64,000 bases of DNA from Dehalococcoidia bacterium (lineage in GTDB: Bacteria; Chloroflexota; Dehalococcoidia; GIF9; AB-539-J10): the NCBI GenBank assembly GCA_034414555.1, contig DAOUMA010000005.1:41220-105219 (forward strand). The letters run 5' to 3'. The translations under genes and the position numbers were made by a program. The notes under the pieces were generated by a model. That model saw only the letters and a list, made by a program, of their open reading frames with translations. It searched no databases and was not told the DNA's origin. Shown piece after piece: positions 40,297 to 50,296 of this stretch; positions within the stretch are counted from its first letter, which is position 1, and each line of letters starts with the position of its first letter.

Positions 40297-41874
40297 CTAG
40301 AGATTAATGTTAGAGTATTTCCTCCACGGTCTGGCTACGGATTTGTTTTCCAGAGCATCCAGGGCTTTGTTGATAAACTTTCTGGTATCATGGGGCATTA
40401 TTACATCATCAACGTAGCCTCTCTCTGCAGCGCAATAGGGATTCTCATAAAGTTCTGAGTACTCCTTTATTCTCTTTGCCCGCACCTCCTCCGGATTTTC
40501 TGCCTCCTTTACTTCCTTGGCGAAGATAACACTGGCAGCAGTCTCAGCGCCAACAATGGTGATCTGAGCAGTGGGCCAGGCGAAGACGAAATCAGCACCA
40601 ATAGACTTGTCCAGCATTCCATAGTGAGCACCAGCATAGGATTTTCTTATTATGACTGAAACTAAAGGCACAGTGGCATCGGCCCAGGCGTAGAGCAGCT
40701 TGGCGCCATGTCTTAGTATACCTGCCCAGTCCTGCTCAGAGCCTATCATATAGCCAGGACAATCCGTAAGCGAGACGAGAGGAATATTGAAGAGGTCACA
40801 AAATCTTATAAACCTAGCCAATTTGTCACAGGCGTTAATATCCAGAATGCCTGACTTTACCATGGGCTGGTTGGATACTATCCCCACGGGACGCCCGCTT
40901 ATCCGAGCAAAGCCACATATGGCATTCGTAGCGTAATATTTAAATATCTCAACGAAGTGCCCTTCATCCACAACCTTATTAATTATCTGATACATATCAT
41001 AGGGTCTTGTGGGCTCGTCGGGGATTATGGTATCAAGCTCGGGGATCTCTCTTTCAGGATCATCCTTGGTCTTTATCTGGGGTGGCTTCTCTTTGTTATT
41101 GTTGTTATTGGATGGGAAGAAAGATAACAACTCCTTGCATTTATCTAAACAATCCTTATCATCTTCAGCTATAATGTGTGTCTGCCCCGATTTAATGGCA
41201 TGATTCTTCCAGCCACTGAGCTCCTCCAGGCTAATTTCCTCTCCGAGTTGTGTTTTGACAAAAGCAGGACCAGCAATGCCCATAAAGCCAGTTTTTCTTA
41301 CTTGAATTACAAAATCCATCATTACCGGGTGGTAGGCTTGCCCTCCCAAACAAGGACCCATTAATAAAGATACTTGAGGGATTATTCCCGAAGCCAGTAT
41401 CTGAGATCTGAATGTCCAGCCATATGATTCCAGAGTATCTATTCCTTCATGGAGTCGGGCACCAGCGGAATCATTCATGCTCACAAATGGCCAGCCTTTA
41501 TCCTTAGCAAAGTCAAGGGCGTAAGAGAGTTTTTTACCATGATACTCGCCAAAAGTTCCCATCATGGCAGTGTAATCCTCAGCAGCAGCAACTACATGCC
41601 TTCCATTTACCTTGCCAAATCCGGTGATGATTCCCTCAGCAGGCACCTCTCTTTTATCCATTCCAAAAGCGGTGGTTCTATGTTTAATCCATAGTCCTAT
41701 CTCGGTAAAAGTGCCAGGATCAAAGAAGTAATCTATTCTTTCCCGTGCTGACATTTGCCCCCTTCTATGGCGCTCTTCAATAGCCTCAGGCCCTCCCATT
41801 TGCAAGATATGCTCTCTTTTATGCTTATACTCCTCAATTCTTCGTGCCGTTGCGCCTCTAATTACTTCGCTCAT
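40297..41874 (-). CDS. Acyl-CoA carboxyltransferase subunit (propionyl-CoA carboxylase beta/methylmalonyl-CoA decarboxylase alpha family) with low-complexity insert
   Basis: Two carboxyltransferase halves (…GGPEAIERHRRGQMSARERI…; …GRPVGIVSNQP…); insert FPSNNNNNKEKPPQIKTKDDPE between the halves. Confidence 0.85.
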   Translation of the reverse strand: MSEVIRGATARRIEEYKHKREHILQMGGPEAIEERHRRGQMSARERIDYFFDPGTFTEIGLWIKHRTTAFGMDKREVPAEGIITGFGKVNGRHVVAAAEDYTAMMGTFGEYHGKKLSYALDFAKDKGWPFVSMNDSAGARLHEGIDTLESYGWTFRSQILASGIIPQVSLLMGPCLGGQAYHPVMMDFVIQVRKTGFMGIAGPAFVKTQLGEEISLEELSGWKNHAIKSGQTHIIAEDDKDCLDKCKELLSFFPSNNNNNKEKPPQIKTKDDPEREIPELDTIIPDEPTRPYDMYQIINKVVDEGHFVEIFKYYATNAICGFARISGRPVGIVSNQPMVKSGILDINACDKLARFIRFCDLFNIPLVSLTDCPGYMIGSEQDWAGILRHGAKLLYAWADATVPLVSVIIRKSYAGAHYGMLDKSIGADFVFAWPTAQITIVGAETAASVIFAKEVKEAENPEEVRAKRIKEYSELYENPYCAAERGYVDDVIMPHDTRKFINKALDALENKSVARPWRKYSNINL

Positions 41875-42258
41875 GATTCAACCTCCTTTTAGTATTCGAT
41901 AGCAGCTAACTTATTACCAGTCTCAATAATTGTGTTCGGTGACGCTAATAGCGCTTTGACTGAGCCCTTCACCGGTGACATTGTGTGATTCTCCAGCTTC
42001 ATCGCACTATAGTACAGACCACTCCGCCCCCTGTATGGTATTCCGCACCGTAGCATTTACGGCCAGTGTTTTCTCTGGCATAGGTGCTCAATTATCTCCT
42101 GTAATTTCGTAGCCTTCTTCAGGGAATATATAGCATTAATAGCCAGGAAGAAGCAACATGGTGCAAAGTTGTGCAAGGTTGCCAAGAAGGGGGCTTGTTG
42201 GGTTATAATCTGATGCTACGAAGCTGTTGATCTAATTTTTACCGTAGCTTGCTATGAT

Positions 42259-42978
42259 GTGAAAATGGAAATAATTCCTGCCATTGATATCAGGAAAGGT
42301 AAATGCGTTCGGCTGTATCAGGGTGATTACCGGCGGCAAATTATCTATGATGAGAAGCCTCTAGCGGTAGCATTGAAATGGCGTTCTCAAGGAACACGCT
42401 GGATTCATATAGCTGATTTGGATGGGGCGGCTGCCGGTAAGCCGGAGAACATAGATATAGTTGAAGAAATAATAAAGGCGAGCAGTTTATCGATAGAATT
42501 TGGTGGTGGTATCAGGCAAGAAGACATAGTTGAAGAGTTATTGCAAAAGGGGATAAAGCGTATTATTTTAAGCACTTCAGCGGTGGAAAACCCAAAGCTG
42601 GTGAAGAAACTATGCAGTAAATATGGCGAGGCGATAGTCGTGAGCCTTGATGCTAAAGATGGCAAAGTCTACATTCATGGCTGGCAAAAGGATACCATGG
42701 TGGATGTTTTGCAGTTGAGTAGAGATATGGTAAATATTGGAGTAAGGCGATTTATTTTTACCGATATAGGGCGGGACGGCACTTTAACTGAGCCCAACTT
42801 TGAGATGGTAGGAAGACTGGCTAACGGGGTAAATGTTCCTGTGATTGCTGCCGGGGGCATTTCCAAGCTGGAGCATTTGAAAAGGCTTAAGCAACTTGGA
42901 GTGGAAGGAGCGATTATCGGCAAGGCTCTTTATACCGGCGATATTGACTTAGGAGAGGCTATACTTGTTGGAGGGTAA
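42259..42978 (+). CDS. hisA: ProFAR isomerase HisA
   Basis: [16 protein letters not shown]…GGGIR…; true start is possibly the ATG at 42265. Confidence 0.9.
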   Translation: MKMEIIPAIDIRKGKCVRLYQGDYRRQIIYDEKPLAVALKWRSQGTRWIHIADLDGAAAGKPENIDIVEEIIKASSLSIEFGGGIRQEDIVEELLQKGIKRIILSTSAVENPKLVKKLCSKYGEAIVVSLDAKDGKVYIHGWQKDTMVDVLQLSRDMVNIGVRRFIFTDIGRDGTLTEPNFEMVGRLANGVNVPVIAAGGISKLEHLKRLKQLGVEGAIIGKALYTGDIDLGEAILVGG

Positions 42979-42983
42979 TAAAC

Positions 42984-43322
42984 ATGTTGAAGTTTGATTC
43001 TCAAGGTTTAATTCCTGCCATCATTCAGGATGCCAGGAATGGCGAAGTTTTGATGCTGGGCTATATGAATAAGGAGTCGCTGGCTCGAACGGTAGAAAGT
43101 GGGGATGTGTGGTTCTACAGTCGCAGTAGACAGGAATTATGGCACAAGGGGGAGACTTCGGGCAATTTTCTGAGGATGAAGTCCATTATCAAGGACTGCG
43201 ACAGTGATACGCTTCTCATCCAGGCGGAGCCCACCGGTCCAGTTTGCCATACTGGCAATCGCACTTGCTTTTTGCAAAATGATACGGACTTCAGACTCTT
43301 GGAGAACCAAGATTTAAACTAG
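42984..43322 (+). CDS. hisI: Phosphoribosyl-AMP cyclohydrolase HisI
   Basis: GLIPAIIQD…[15 protein letters not shown]…C…C motifs. Confidence 0.9.
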   Translation: MLKFDSQGLIPAIIQDARNGEVLMLGYMNKESLARTVESGDVWFYSRSRQELWHKGETSGNFLRMKSIIKDCDSDTLLIQAEPTGPVCHTGNRTCFLQNDTDFRLLENQDLN

Positions 43323-43357
43323 CTAGTTCTGTTAAAGGTATTAACAACTGCTCTATG

Positions 43358-43564
43358 TCAATCTTTTATTCTGTATCTCTTCTTGAACCGTCCTACCCTC
43401 CCCATGGTATCCACTATCCTTTGTTCTCCAGTGTAGAAAGGATGGCATTTGCTGCATACCTCTACTCTGATTTCTGGCTTGGTTGAGCCCACGGTAAAGG
43501 TGTTGCCACAAAGGCAGGTTACTTTAGCGTTTTCATAGTATTTAGGGTGTATCTTGTCTTTCAT
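43358..43564 (-). CDS. rpmE: 50S ribosomal protein L31
   Basis: MKDKIHPKY…C.C…C..CHPFYTG signature. Confidence 0.9.
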   Translation of the reverse strand: MKDKIHPKYYENAKVTCLCGNTFTVGSTKPEIRVEVCSKCHPFYTGEQRIVDTMGRVGRFKKRYRIKD

Positions 43565-43812
43565 TTGTAAATGCTTACCCTCTTTTTGTATCTATTAGCT
43601 GGCTCATATTTTACAAAACCGTCTATCAGAGCGAATAGCGTATAATCTTTACCTACACCGACGTTATCTCCTGGTAAAATACGGGTGCCTCGTTGTCGAA
43701 CCAGAATGTTTCCGGCACGAACTTGCTCCCCGCCGAATTTCTTCACACCAAGACGCTTTGATTGGCTGTCTCGGCCGCAATGTGTGCTACCACCGCCTTT
43801 CTTATGTGCCAT
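43561..43812 (-). CDS. rpmA: 50S ribosomal protein L27
   Basis: [10 protein letters not shown]…GRDS.SKRLGVK signature. Confidence 0.9.
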   Translation of the reverse strand: MAHKKGGGSTHCGRDSQSKRLGVKKFGGEQVRAGNILVRQRGTRILPGDNVGVGKDYTLFALIDGFVKYEPANRYKKRVSIYK

Positions 43813-44137
43813 GCTTATGCCCCCGTGGTTTAATAATTTTATTTATTAATAACGTGGTATAAGTTTGCCGGTGTCCTCTTTTCCTGTGGTAACGAACCTT
43901 GGACTTATATTTAAATACGGTGACTTTGTCACTTTTAAACTCTCCCAATGAAGTAGCTCTTACCTTGGCGCCTTTGATAAGTGGGTTGCCGGTAATCACA
44001 TTTCCATCGTCATTAATGAATAATACACTGTCCATCTCAACGGTATCCCCTTCCGGTATATTCAGGCGCTCAACCTCTATCTTCTGGTTAAGGGCTACCT
44101 TATATTGTTTACTGCCGGTTTCGATAATAGCGTAAAT
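43802..44137 (-). CDS. rplU: 50S ribosomal protein L21; probable non-AUG start (ATT)
   Basis: The conserved N-terminus (I)[13 protein letters not shown] lies in frame upstream of the ORF-track Met at 44035. No ATG/GTG/TTG is available there. GGAGG sits 7 nt upstream of ATT at 44137-44135. Confidence 0.75.
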   Translation of the reverse strand: MYAIIETGSKQYKVALNQKIEVERLNIPEGDTVEMDSVLFINDDGNVITGNPLIKGAKVRATSLGEFKSDKVTVFKYKSKVRYHRKRGHRQTYTTLLINKIIKPRGHKHGT

Positions 44138-44357
44138 TTTTATTCCTCCAGAGTTAACTATAAATTTACGACTCTTGCTTGCCTGTTGTCAAACAAGCTC
44201 CCTTCTCATGTAGCATATCATTTTGTATGTCTATCACCAAAAGTGCTGTTTCCAGTGGCTTTATTTTTACCTCTGTCACTGTTTACCCTCTTCTCAACCT
44301 CAAAAATTTAGCAAAGGTGAGATTATATCATATAAAGCATAAAGGGAGATAATTATT

Positions 44358-45125
44358 TCAGGAGTTTGAGTGAGATTGAGGGAGAAGCTTTAGACCTTTG
44401 ACTACATCGGTGAAGTCAGTAAACGGTATGCAGGCAATATTTTCCCTTGCACAGCATGATAATAAATCATCCCGGGCGAAAACGTGGTGAGCTAACCGCG
44501 CCGGGTGAATGTCGGAGACGCCATTCCCCAAATATATCAGGCGATAACCCTTTGCCAGAAACAATCTAGCGTAGAGTTCTTTAAGCCCTTTATTTGCTTC
44601 GTTGCCATCTGGTCCGATATATTGAACTTCGATACCCTCGTGACAAAATTTGGTTTGTGCAGCAAATACTTCAATGTTTCTGATGCCAGCATCACTGAGT
44701 ATTACATCGATGTAAAAATCCAGGCCATTGCTTACAATGACCAAGCATACCCCCCTTTTGTAGCAGTAATCAGTCAGTTCCTTGAATCCGCACCGTATCT
44801 TTGCCCTTGTTCTCACAAATTCAGTCAGAGTTTTCCTGCTAGCTCTCACCATAGTAAAGGCTTGCTTGTTAAAGTAGTCCACCGATATCTTATTTTTTCG
44901 GTAGTCTTCCAATAACTTCCTCCAATTCCCCCGGGCAAATGCATCCAGTATCAAGAAACTGACGTCTTCTTCGGTAACGGTGCCATCGAAGTCACATTGA
45001 ATTAGCGTTTTTTCACTGCTAATTGAGCACATAGCAAATTTGTCCTTCGTCAACCAATGAAGCATATTTTTAGCATGAGTTCCAATAACTATCAAGCTTG
45101 ACATAGGGCAATAATCGAAGCACAA
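44358..45125 (-). CDS. HAD-IB family hydrolase (phosphoserine phosphatase/MtnX-like)
   Basis: DFDGTVT nucleophile motif and later HAD motifs; the start may instead be the Met at ~45032. Confidence 0.6.
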   Translation of the reverse strand: MCFDYCPMSSLIVIGTHAKNMLHWLTKDKFAMCSISSEKTLIQCDFDGTVTEEDVSFLILDAFARGNWRKLLEDYRKNKISVDYFNKQAFTMVRASRKTLTEFVRTRAKIRCGFKELTDYCYKRGVCLVIVSNGLDFYIDVILSDAGIRNIEVFAAQTKFCHEGIEVQYIGPDGNEANKGLKELYARLFLAKGYRLIYLGNGVSDIHPARLAHHVFARDDLLSCCARENIACIPFTDFTDVVKGLKLLPQSHSNS

Positions 45126-45135
45126 TTATTCATTT

Positions 45136-45912
45136 ATGAAGATATTAGTTACCAATGATGATGGAATTGACTCTCCTGGTCTCTGGGCAGTAGTTGAGGA
45201 GCTTCGTCGGGAGGGGGAAGTGGTGGTTGTAGCTCCTCAAGGTGAACAGAGTGGGGTAGGGACTTCGGTAAATTTGCGCCGTGCCATTAAGGTATTTCCA
45301 CAGGCAAGAGGGAAAGGAATTTATACTACCGATGGTACGCCGGTTGATTGCATCATTATGGCCTTCAGGGTTTTATTTCCCGGGGAAATAGACCTCGTTG
45401 TCTCAGGCATCAATAGAGGTCCTAACATAGGATATGATGTTTTTGTTTCGGGTACTGTGGCGGGCGCCTTGGCGGGGTATTTTCACGGTGTGCCTGCTCT
45501 TGCCGTTTCGGTAGATTCTTACGGAGAAGTGGATTTTGGAGCTGCTGCAAGATTAACCGCGCTGCTTGCGGCCAGGATAAAGAAAGGCGATTTGCCCAGG
45601 GAAATTCTGATGAATGTTAACTTACCTAACTTGTCCTTGAGGGAAATAAGGGGAATAGAGATTACCAAATTGAGCAAGCAAAGCCACTGTGGCGAGATAA
45701 AAAAGGTATTAAGTGGTGAAAATGAAGGCTATATCATCGTGAAGGATAAAGTGATAGGCGAGATAGATGCGGGCAGTGATGCCTGGGCATTAGAGCAGAA
45801 AAGAATTTCCATTACCCCATTGCTTCCAAATCCTTGGGATGACAAATCAGGCAATTCCTTGCAGGAGTTGGCTCGGGATATTTTCATCGTATTGGTCAAT
45901 GCGCCTATCTAG
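45136..45912 (+). CDS. surE: 5'/3'-nucleotidase SurE
   Basis: MKILVTNDDGIDSPGL signature. Confidence 0.9.
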   Translation: MKILVTNDDGIDSPGLWAVVEELRREGEVVVVAPQGEQSGVGTSVNLRRAIKVFPQARGKGIYTTDGTPVDCIIMAFRVLFPGEIDLVVSGINRGPNIGYDVFVSGTVAGALAGYFHGVPALAVSVDSYGEVDFGAAARLTALLAARIKKGDLPREILMNVNLPNLSLREIRGIEITKLSKQSHCGEIKKVLSGENEGYIIVKDKVIGEIDAGSDAWALEQKRISITPLLPNPWDDKSGNSLQELARDIFIVLVNAPI

Positions 45913-45975
45913 GTTAATTGACATCGACTTAGTTGTGCATTATTCTAATTATGCCCTTTTAACATAGTGTTTTAT

Positions 45976-46048
<73 letters not shown>

Positions 46049-46063
46049 CTGTTTAAGTTATAT

Positions 46064-46148
46064 GCCGAAGTGGCGGAATGGTAGACGCGGCAGTCTCAAA
46101 AACTGTTGGGAGGCAACTCCCGTGTCGGTTCGACTCCGACCTTCGGCA
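46064..46148 (+). tRNA. tRNA-Leu (CAA)
   Basis: Type II tRNA with long variable arm; anticodon loop cuCAAaa; acceptor gccgaag/cttcggc; 85 nt. Confidence 0.85.
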
Positions 46149-46157
46149 GTGGTATAA

Positions 46158-46228
46158 TGCCGGGTTGTGTAGCGGTAGCACAGAGGACTTTGGATCCTTT
46201 AGCCCAGGTTCGAATCCTGGCCCGGCAG
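46158..46228 (+). tRNA. tRNA-Gln (TTG)
   Basis: Acceptor ugccggg/cccggca with a U1:A72 pair, as in many bacterial tRNA-Gln; anticodon loop cuUUGga; T-arm ccagg-ttcgaat-cctgg. Confidence 0.75.
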
Positions 46229-46241
46229 CGCAGTTAAATAT

Positions 46242-46313
46242 TCCCCGGTAGCTCAATGGTAGAGTAGGCGGCTGTTAACCGTTTGGTTGTAGGTTCGAGT
46301 CCTACCCGGGGAG
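46242..46313 (+). tRNA. tRNA-Asn (GTT)
   Basis: Acceptor tccccgg/ccgggga; anticodon loop cuGUUaa; T-arm gtagg-ttcgagt-cctac. Confidence 0.8.
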
Positions 46314-46349
46314 CTTTTTAAAATAGTAACAATTTCCGCTAGTTGCTTG

Positions 46350-46892
46350 TTATCCGACCTCAGGCTCTATCAATCCATAATTGCCATCATTACGGTGATA
46401 TAGTAGCTCGAGCTTATCGGTATCTGAATTGATAAATAAGAAGAAATCATGTCCTAGAAGCTCCATCTGTGTTATTGCTTCATCGGTGGACATGGGCTTG
46501 ACCAGAAAATGTTTGGTTTTTACCACCTTTCTGGGAGTTTGCTGTTCAACTTCAGTTGTTATTCCCTGGCGAGCTGCCGAGATTCCCCTGCCTTTATAAT
46601 AAAGCTTGCCCTTGAATCGTTTGACTTGTTGTGCTAGTGCGGCGGTGACATTATCGATAGCAGTTTGAACATCGCTGGCTCTCACTTGAGCTCTAATTAG
46701 AGTCCCTTTGCTATCAATAGTGAGCTGAGCGATAAATCGCTCAGCCGGTAACTTTGTATCTTCTCTAGAAATCTCTAACTTACCTTCGCTAATGATAGGT
46801 AGATAACGATTTAATCTGGCAGCTTTTTTGTTAGCGTATGCAAGCAGTGCTTCTGAAAGTTCTATATTCTTGGTAATAATCTGTAGTTTCAT
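46350..46892 (-). CDS. hpf: Ribosome hibernation-promoting factor (long HPF)
   Basis: MKLQIITKNIELSEAL…; ~180 aa with C-terminal dimerisation extension. Confidence 0.9.
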   Translation of the reverse strand: MKLQIITKNIELSEALLAYANKKAARLNRYLPIISEGKLEISREDTKLPAERFIAQLTIDSKGTLIRAQVRASDVQTAIDNVTAALAQQVKRFKGKLYYKGRGISAARQGITTEVEQQTPRKVVKTKHFLVKPMSTDEAITQMELLGHDFFLFINSDTDKLELLYHRNDGNYGLIEPEVG

Positions 46893-46901
46893 ATTTCCTC
46901 C

Positions 46902-47597
46902 TCATTCTAGAATTTCCATGGCTACGGTTAACCCCCATATCGAAACAGCCCCATTATTCTTAAGAGCTGTAGCACAAGCTTCCAGTGTTGCTCCAGAAGT
47001 ACACACATCATCGATAAGAATGATTTGCTTACCATTTATTTTATCACCATGACATATAAAAGCACCGGTTACATTTTTCCTTCGCTCTGTCACTGTTGTT
47101 GTTCTTACCTGAGGTTTTGCTTCTTTAACACGAATAAGACAATCCGTGATGGCCGGCAAGTTTATAAGTCTACTTAACTTTTTAGCTAGGAGGACTGACT
47201 GATTGTAGCCTCGCTCTCTCAACCGCCGTGGATGAAGAGGCACTGGAACAAGGACTTCGCCTGGCAGGGGGTTGAGTAGCAAATAATCAGCTAATGATAC
47301 AGCCAGAGATGAAGATATTGCCTTCAAGTTTTGGTATTTCAGCTGGTGGATAGCCTGGCGCACCGTGCCCTCAAAACGAAAGGCGGAGCGGATTCCATCA
47401 ATTTTAGTTTGCCTTTGCCGGCAGGTTGCGCATACGACACCGTTAACCTGGGGCTTGCCGCACTTAGGGCAAAGTGGGGGCAACAATTTTGGCATGCTCT
47501 GTTGGCAATCAGAGCATAAAAAGCTCCCCGTTTTCCCACAGACGATGCACCGCTTGGGGAAAAAGGAATCTACTACCAAGTCAACTAACTGGCTCAA
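46902..47597 (-). CDS. comF: ComF-family protein (zinc-finger + phosphoribosyltransferase domain)
   Basis: N-terminal CxxC x4 and a PRTase motif ILIDDVCTSGATL. Confidence 0.8.
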   Translation of the reverse strand: MSQLVDLVVDSFFPKRCIVCGKTGSFLCSDCQQSMPKLLPPLCPKCGKPQVNGVVCATCRQRQTKIDGIRSAFRFEGTVRQAIHQLKYQNLKAISSSLAVSLADYLLLNPLPGEVLVPVPLHPRRLRERGYNQSVLLAKKLSRLINLPAITDCLIRVKEAKPQVRTTTVTERRKNVTGAFICHGDKINGKQIILIDDVCTSGATLEACATALKNNGAVSIWGLTVAMEILE

Positions 47598-47626
47598 GGG
47601 CAGTCAATTTTGTAATGTGCGTGTTC

Positions 47627-47842
47627 TCAGCGGCGGCTGTGGATTGCTCCGCTGAGAATGGGTTCGTTTATGTATATTTCGCCATTCCTGATTTTTAGAT
47701 TATAGCCACAATCAGGATTGGTGCATACCCAAGCTTTGTAGTGCACTGCCGCTCCCTGGCCACCAAAATCAGATAAGGGTACCAGGTCTCCTTTGCCACA
47801 CTTCTGGCATTTAGGGAACATCATGTTTTCCATGGATTCCAC
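47627..47842 (-). CDS. Hypothetical small zinc-ribbon protein
   Basis: 71 aa; CQKCGKG…CTNPDCGY Cys4 arrangement; positioned downstream of comF on the same strand. Confidence 0.4.
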   Translation of the reverse strand: MESMENMMFPKCQKCGKGDLVPLSDFGGQGAAVHYKAWVCTNPDCGYNLKIRNGEIYINEPILSGAIHSRR

Positions 47843-48064
47843 CTCCCAAAACCAAAATTAATGAACAATTGATTGTATATCAGAGATTACAAATTAGCAA
47901 GTGAAACCCGGTTCTTTATGTTCATGTTACAAACTTATCTTCTTTGTCACTTATTCTTGTGATGTTAAGTGTTGTATATGAAACAAATTATCCCAAGGTT
48001 GCTTAATTAAGATAGATAACGGGCTCCACTTGTTCAAATAACCCCCTTTGTTTATAATCTGGTT

Positions 48065-49465
48065 ATGCCCATAAGTAAAGGGCTTCATCGGGCAAGTCCG
48101 AAATTACCTGAATTTCTTGCTGAGCTATCTGCACCGAGATTCCGCAGGAATGTTATCTGGACAGCTAGAATTCGTTATATAGTAATTATAAGCGTTTGGG
48201 TTTTTGCTTTGATTGGGTATATCCAGGGAGTATTTTCTTTCTCAATGCTTCCGTTCCACATTATAGCCGCAGTGGGAATATCCGCTAATACTTTTCTTTA
48301 CTTTTATCTTCTGAGGCCAGCGGCATATAAGAGAGTAGAGGACTATAGGCGAATAATTTGGATAGCTTTGAGCAGTTTAATTGTTGATATACTCGCGATT
48401 ACAGCCATAGTTTATTTTAGTGGCTACCTGTATAGTCCGTTCATCATACTTTACGTGGTGGCCCTGCTGAGTATCAGCATATTTCTGAATCTGCCTTTGG
48501 CAGGCTGGAGTCTCCTCGGGGTTGCTTCTTTATTTATCGCCGGGATAACACTTCTATCTAAAGCAACCCAATTTCCAGGACTTGTTATGCTTGAGCCTAG
48601 CCCTGCTCTAGCTGTTTTCTCTTTGGCCTTCTTTGCTGCCTGTATTGGTTTAATGGTATTTATGGGGAGCTTCGCGTCCAATGAAGTTAAGTTCAAAACA
48701 GAGGAGCTGGCGGAAACAAATACAGGGCTACAGCAGGTAATTAGGCGGCTTGAAGGACTGAATGATGAGAAGAAACAGATTCTTGTCGGCATATCTCATG
48801 ACCTCCGCAATCCACTTACCTCGGTTAGAGGATTTTCGGAGATGTTGCTCAAAAAGGCCAAGGTAGACTCAGAATCAAAGTACTTCCTTGAAATCATAAA
48901 CAATGAATCTCAGCGTTTAGGGCGTTTATTTGATGATATTCTTGACATATCTCGACAGGAAGAAGGCACGCTGCGCTGGTATATGGAGGTGCACGATGTC
49001 TTAAGTATTATGGAGCCGGCAATAGCCTCGGCGAGACTAGCAGTTGAGGCAAAGGGGTTATCCTTAAAAGTGAATATTCCCAGTAGCTTACCACCAGTAT
49101 ATGGGGATAAAGAGCGATTGAGCCGAGTCGTAACGAATTTGTTAAGTAACGCTGTAAGGTTTACCTCAGCTGGAATGATTAGCATCACCGCGGAAGAAAA
49201 AGACAAAAATATCTTGATTCAGGTATCTGATACCGGAATTGGTATTTCGAAAGAAGACCAAGCTAAGTTGTTCAAGCCTTTTGGGCGAGCTGCTGAAGAA
49301 TATACGGGCATGGGTCTAGGATTATATATCTGTAAAACCATAGTTGACCACCATGGTGGGAAGATATGGGTCGAAAGTGTGCCAGGTGAAGGCAGCACCT
49401 TTTATTTCACTTTGCCTGTACTGGGAGAATCTAAGGTTTTAACGCAACCAAAGGAAAAACTATAA
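48065..49465 (+). CDS. Membrane sensor histidine kinase
   Basis: Multi-TM N-terminus; H-box ISHDLRNPLTS; N, G1 (DTGIGI) and G2 boxes of HATPase_c. Confidence 0.85.
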   Translation: MPISKGLHRASPKLPEFLAELSAPRFRRNVIWTARIRYIVIISVWVFALIGYIQGVFSFSMLPFHIIAAVGISANTFLYFYLLRPAAYKRVEDYRRIIWIALSSLIVDILAITAIVYFSGYLYSPFIILYVVALLSISIFLNLPLAGWSLLGVASLFIAGITLLSKATQFPGLVMLEPSPALAVFSLAFFAACIGLMVFMGSFASNEVKFKTEELAETNTGLQQVIRRLEGLNDEKKQILVGISHDLRNPLTSVRGFSEMLLKKAKVDSESKYFLEIINNESQRLGRLFDDILDISRQEEGTLRWYMEVHDVLSIMEPAIASARLAVEAKGLSLKVNIPSSLPPVYGDKERLSRVVTNLLSNAVRFTSAGMISITAEEKDKNILIQVSDTGIGISKEDQAKLFKPFGRAAEEYTGMGLGLYICKTIVDHHGGKIWVESVPGEGSTFYFTLPVLGESKVLTQPKEKL

Positions 49466-49507
49466 TCCCCGACGTTTGAAATATATACTGTAGCACAAAA
49501 GATTTCT

Positions 49508-49915
49508 TTATTTTTGACGTTTTGTAACTTTGCGCTTCTGATGCTTAGCGGATAGCATATTGTCAATCGTATTTAGCAGGTCTTGGGAAGCGAAAGGTTT
49601 CCTGATATATCCATCAGCCCTCAAGCTTAAGGCAAGTTTCTCATCCATTTCGTACTGGAGAGCGGTGACCATGACCACGGGGATAGTTTCGGTGGCTTTA
49701 TCAGATTTGAGTTCATGACAGGTGCTAAAACCGTCCTTCTTAGGCATTAAGATATCCAGCAAAATCAGGTCAGGTGTTTCTCGTCGAGCTTTGATTAAGG
49801 CCTCATCTCCATCGCTGGCTTCGAGGACATCGTAGTAATGGCCAATCATGTTCTTGACCAGCAATCTTATATTTGACTCATCATCTACTACAAGTATTTT
49901 TTTCTTTTTAGCCAT
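49508..49915 (-). CDS. Stand-alone response regulator receiver protein (CheY-like)
   Basis: KILVVDDE…DLILLDILMP…K receiver motifs; no output domain. Confidence 0.85.
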   Translation of the reverse strand: MAKKKKILVVDDESNIRLLVKNMIGHYYDVLEASDGDEALIKARRETPDLILLDILMPKKDGFSTCHELKSDKATETIPVVMVTALQYEMDEKLALSLRADGYIRKPFASQDLLNTIDNMLSAKHQKRKVTKRQK

Positions 49916-50035
49916 TTATGATTCCCTCCTTAGTTAACTGAACCGCGGAGTTCAAACCCTCCATGCTGTTCTCCTTGATTTAATCATAAATTTTGATTAT
50001 AAATCAAATAGCAAAACCTTTCTACTGTTTTAAAC

Positions 50036-50296
50036 TTAATGTGGAGCATAACCTCCCACATTTTGAGGTATTCCATATCTATCTGTAATCTCAACGGATT
50101 TATCCCGTTTTTTGAAGCCACTTAAAATCTTAACCTGGCTTTGAGGAACGCCGAAGTGCTTTGCCAGTAATTTGATAACCGCCCGGTTGGCGTGGCCTTC
50201 CTTTGGTGGCTCTCTAACTGTGACTATAAGAGTATCGCCTTTCTGTGTAATTTCTTCGGTTTTTGAGTTAGGCTTTACCTTGACTTGAATTTTCAA
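50036..50296 (-). CDS. DUF167/YggU-family protein
   Basis: KPNSK…GHANRAVIKLLAKHFGV…V.I..G motif characteristic of UPF0235. Confidence 0.7.
   Translation of the reverse strand: MKIQVKVKPNSKTEEITQKGDTLIVTVREPPKEGHANRAVIKLLAKHFGVPQSQVKILSGFKKRDKSVEITDRYGIPQNVGGYAPH

Noticed and set aside
46053-46256. 67-aa minus-strand ORF
   Set aside because: Entirely overlaps the tRNA-Leu/tRNA-Gln/tRNA-Asn genes.
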